A stretch of DNA of 63,972 bases, filler included, from Stramenopiles sp. TOSAG23-2 (Eukaryota), in assembly GCA_900128395.1 (NCBI GenBank). It is 11 parts of 11 records of this genome, joined end to end, with 100 filler letters (N's around TTAATTAATTAA, not from the genome) between each part and the next. Parts side by side here need not be neighbours in the genome. Positions count along the whole stretch, not along the records: positions 60,958 to 62,415 come from LT652861.1; positions 62,516 to 63,972 come from LT652862.1; 9 more parts are not named here. One strand, given 5' to 3'. Both the position numbers and the translations under genes were made by a program. Position 1 is the stretch's first letter. The number at the start of each line of letters is the position of its first letter. This document shows, in pieces, positions 61,566-63,972 of this stretch. The notes below the pieces were generated by a model. That model had not been told where the DNA came from, ran no database searches, and saw only the letters and a list, made by a program, of their open reading frames with translations.

Positions 61566-63029
61566 TTAAACCCAACCATATGTTTGCAATCAATGAAACC
61601 AAACAATCAGAATCAAAAATAGAACGTTGTATAGCACAACGTACTTTACATTCACATAAAGGTGAAACCAATGGTATTTTAAAATTTAAAACTGGTGATC
61701 ATATACATGCATATGGTATTTATGATATGATGATAATGATGAAATTAACAAAAAAAAAGCATCAAAACCAAAACCACCATCAATATCAAATGGTGATGCA
61801 ACAAGTAATTATCGTAATGAACGTGAAGCAAGGAGGCAACGTACTATTAATATGCATGAATTGCAAATTAAACAATCATCTTCGAAATCCTCAAATTCAA
61901 CAAATAAAGATTATCGTAAAGAACGTGAAGTAAGGAGGCAACGTACGATGAATATGCATGAATTACAAATAAAAAATGGCGATGGTGGAATTGATGAAGG
62001 AAAGGTAATGATGGAAGCTGAGGAGGAGGAGGAGGAAAGTGATGGAGATGATAATACATTGAAATGGACAGAACAATTATCAGATAATACACAATTGTGT
62101 TAAAAAAGTTAAAAAAAAGAAATTGTGTGTTTTTTTTAAAAAGTCAGCACCCCTGGTCTATCACCCACACAATTATTTTTTACTGAAGTTTGTACAATTT
62201 TAATTTTTAATGAAGCAAATAAAATGACATATTTAATGTGTCGTGTTTTTTTAAAATTTCACTTTTTTCTTTTTTCTCAGGTAATGAGATAATATTATGA
62301 TTATTTTATAAATATATAAAAATCTTATCGTTTATCATACCTTCTAATACTTCACAATCACCAGTACTATAATGAAGAGACAATATTTCTCTCTTTGTTA
62401 CAAACACTTTCCATTNNNNNNNNNNNNNNNNNNNNNNNNNNNNNNNNNNNNNNNNNNNNTTAATTAATTAANNNNNNNNNNNNNNNNNNNNNNNNNNNNN
62501 NNNNNNNNNNNNNNNCGACTTCAGGAACGGAGTGGTACGATTTCTTAGACTCCGAAATCATATAGGAAAAGACCATATGGGAATTCGGTTTAAGTACGGA
62601 CCATCGTATACTCCCCCAAAATCACCCCTACGCGAACACTAATTCAATTATATAGTCTAGTAATATAATATATAATAATAAATTTATAATATATTAGTAA
62701 TGATAGGCCAGCCTGGCCAGCTGGCCAGGCCCACACAGCAGGTAAAACAAGCGAAATAGATACGGTTATCAGGGGTGGTTTTCCAGTTTTAATTAGGCTA
62801 CAAAACTGACTATCCCTGGTATTCATAGGATAGGGGTATACAGTAGTAATAATAATATCCGATAATAAATCAATTTTTTGAAGGAAATCTCGTTGTCTTG
62901 GAGGCCGTTTTAAAAAAATTGAGGAGGACTTTTTTTGCCTCACGAGCAAAAAAAGGAGGGGATAAGATCAAAAAGACTAATCAGCTAATATACAATAAAA
63001 ATAATGTGTACATCAAACAGAGACGATCG

Positions 63030-63049
63030 TACACACATACATACATACA

Positions 63050-63083
<34 letters not shown>

Positions 63084-63103
63084 CATACATATATATATAT
63101 ATA
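63030..63103. repeat. (ATAC)n/(AT)n microsatellite
   Basis: Direct reading; many other (TA)n tracts occur in intergenic DNA. Confidence 0.9.
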
Positions 63104-63220
63104 GTATATCATTATTAATCGTCTATATTTGAAAAGAGAATAATAATACATACATATATATATAGAAAAAGAATAGCAAATTTTTTTATTTATAAAGAAC
63201 AATCTACTATATAATATATC

Positions 63221-63612
63221 ATGGATTGGAGACGAAAGGACATAATGTTATATTTTAATAGTTGTTTAATTGTAGTTTTATTAGTCATTAGTAATTTTTC
63301 CTCTTTATCAAATGCATCGTCTACTAGTGCTGCGTTGCGTTTGAATGAGATGGTGGTAACAAAAGCAATGCAATATTTGAAATTGGCTATGGCCAAGGTC
63401 GAGCCATGGTTGTGAAACGATTATCTGGCCTAGTAAAGATAACGGTGCGTGGACTTCATACTTCAGCTGTTTGGATCCGTCATATTCCAAATAAAGGATA
63501 TGTTGATCAAGATGGGATGTTAGAATCTGATGCTAGTCAACGTCAATTAGATGAACTTGCTGGTATTCCTGCAAAAACTATTCAATACCAACCATCCGCA
63601 TTTACTTTGTAA
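63221..63612 (+). pseudogene. Possible broken gene encoding a signal-peptide-bearing protein
   Basis: Two overlapping short ORFs in different frames with coding-like composition; no family recognised. Confidence 0.3.
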
Positions 63613-63972
63613 AAAATATAATATACGAACCCCGTATTTTTTTTATTTTGTTTTTGAATCAAAATATGCGAAAGGTAATTAATATATACGAGACGTGTTT
63701 ATAAATTAATCAGAGAGTATTTATAAAGGCTAACGTTCAGTATGATTATTTCATAATTTTTTAACATTTTTTAATCACATTTTATATACCATAATATATA
63801 TATATATTGAGTAAGAGAACATTTTATATGACCCACCTTTAATAAGATCAGGAGGATCGGTAAAAAAAGTACTATATAATAGCGTATATATAAGTACAAT
63901 ATTTAGTATTCTAATCTATACATTTATACCACTTTAACATATATATTTCTACTTTTTATTGAAAAACATGTG

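Noticed and set aside
61580-62103. SH3-like fragment (AQRTLHSH...LKFKTGDHI)
   Set aside because: Weak resemblance only, with frame breaks; too little evidence to call.
8200-62515. Recurrent TTAATTAATTAA motif and gene neighbourhoods across it
   Set aside because: It is an artificial linker between size-sorted contigs, so adjacency across it carries no biological meaning.
62516-62900. GC-richer stretch as a tRNA, ncRNA or transposon end
   Set aside because: No cloverleaf, rRNA signature or terminal repeat could be identified by eye.

Overview
This is an AT-rich, intron-poor eukaryotic (protist) draft genome, not one locus. Eleven unrelated contigs, sorted by length (seven of about 8.1-8.2 kb, four of about 1.46 kb), are joined by artificial 100-nt N44-TTAATTAATTAA-N44 linkers. 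Several exact 55-nt overlaps and inversions point to a k=55 de Bruijn assembly, probably of amplified single-cell DNA. A heterotrophic stramenopile-like source is a guess only. Housekeeping genes include RFC2, RTEL1, ERGIC3, COX23/CHCHD7, MCAT, a PUB-UBX protein, Sec14-GOLD, a cytochrome b5-like protein, an SNase-like protein and a TPR protein. Main points of interest: (1) A dispersed family of 84-nt/28-aa LRR arrays with a nearly invariant framework and five variable binding-face codons (central codon NNC in 12/12 units). One member carries an F-box-like head, and an F-box-ankyrin gene and a U-box-like fragment with the same MASLVT start also occur. Together these suggest a diversifying recognition/ubiquitin-ligase repertoire. 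(2) A secreted protein fusing defensin-like Cys repeats to a phage/bacterial-type N-acetylmuramidase (DUF3380). (3) A protein of more than 2600 aa punctuated by RRL-containing basic linkers, with a Cys-repeat C-terminal part. (4) A tyrosine phosphatase (WPD changed to WPN) fused to a lysine-methyltransferase-like domain. No rRNA, tRNA, CRISPR or transposase was recognised. All family assignments are by motif recognition and were not database-searched.
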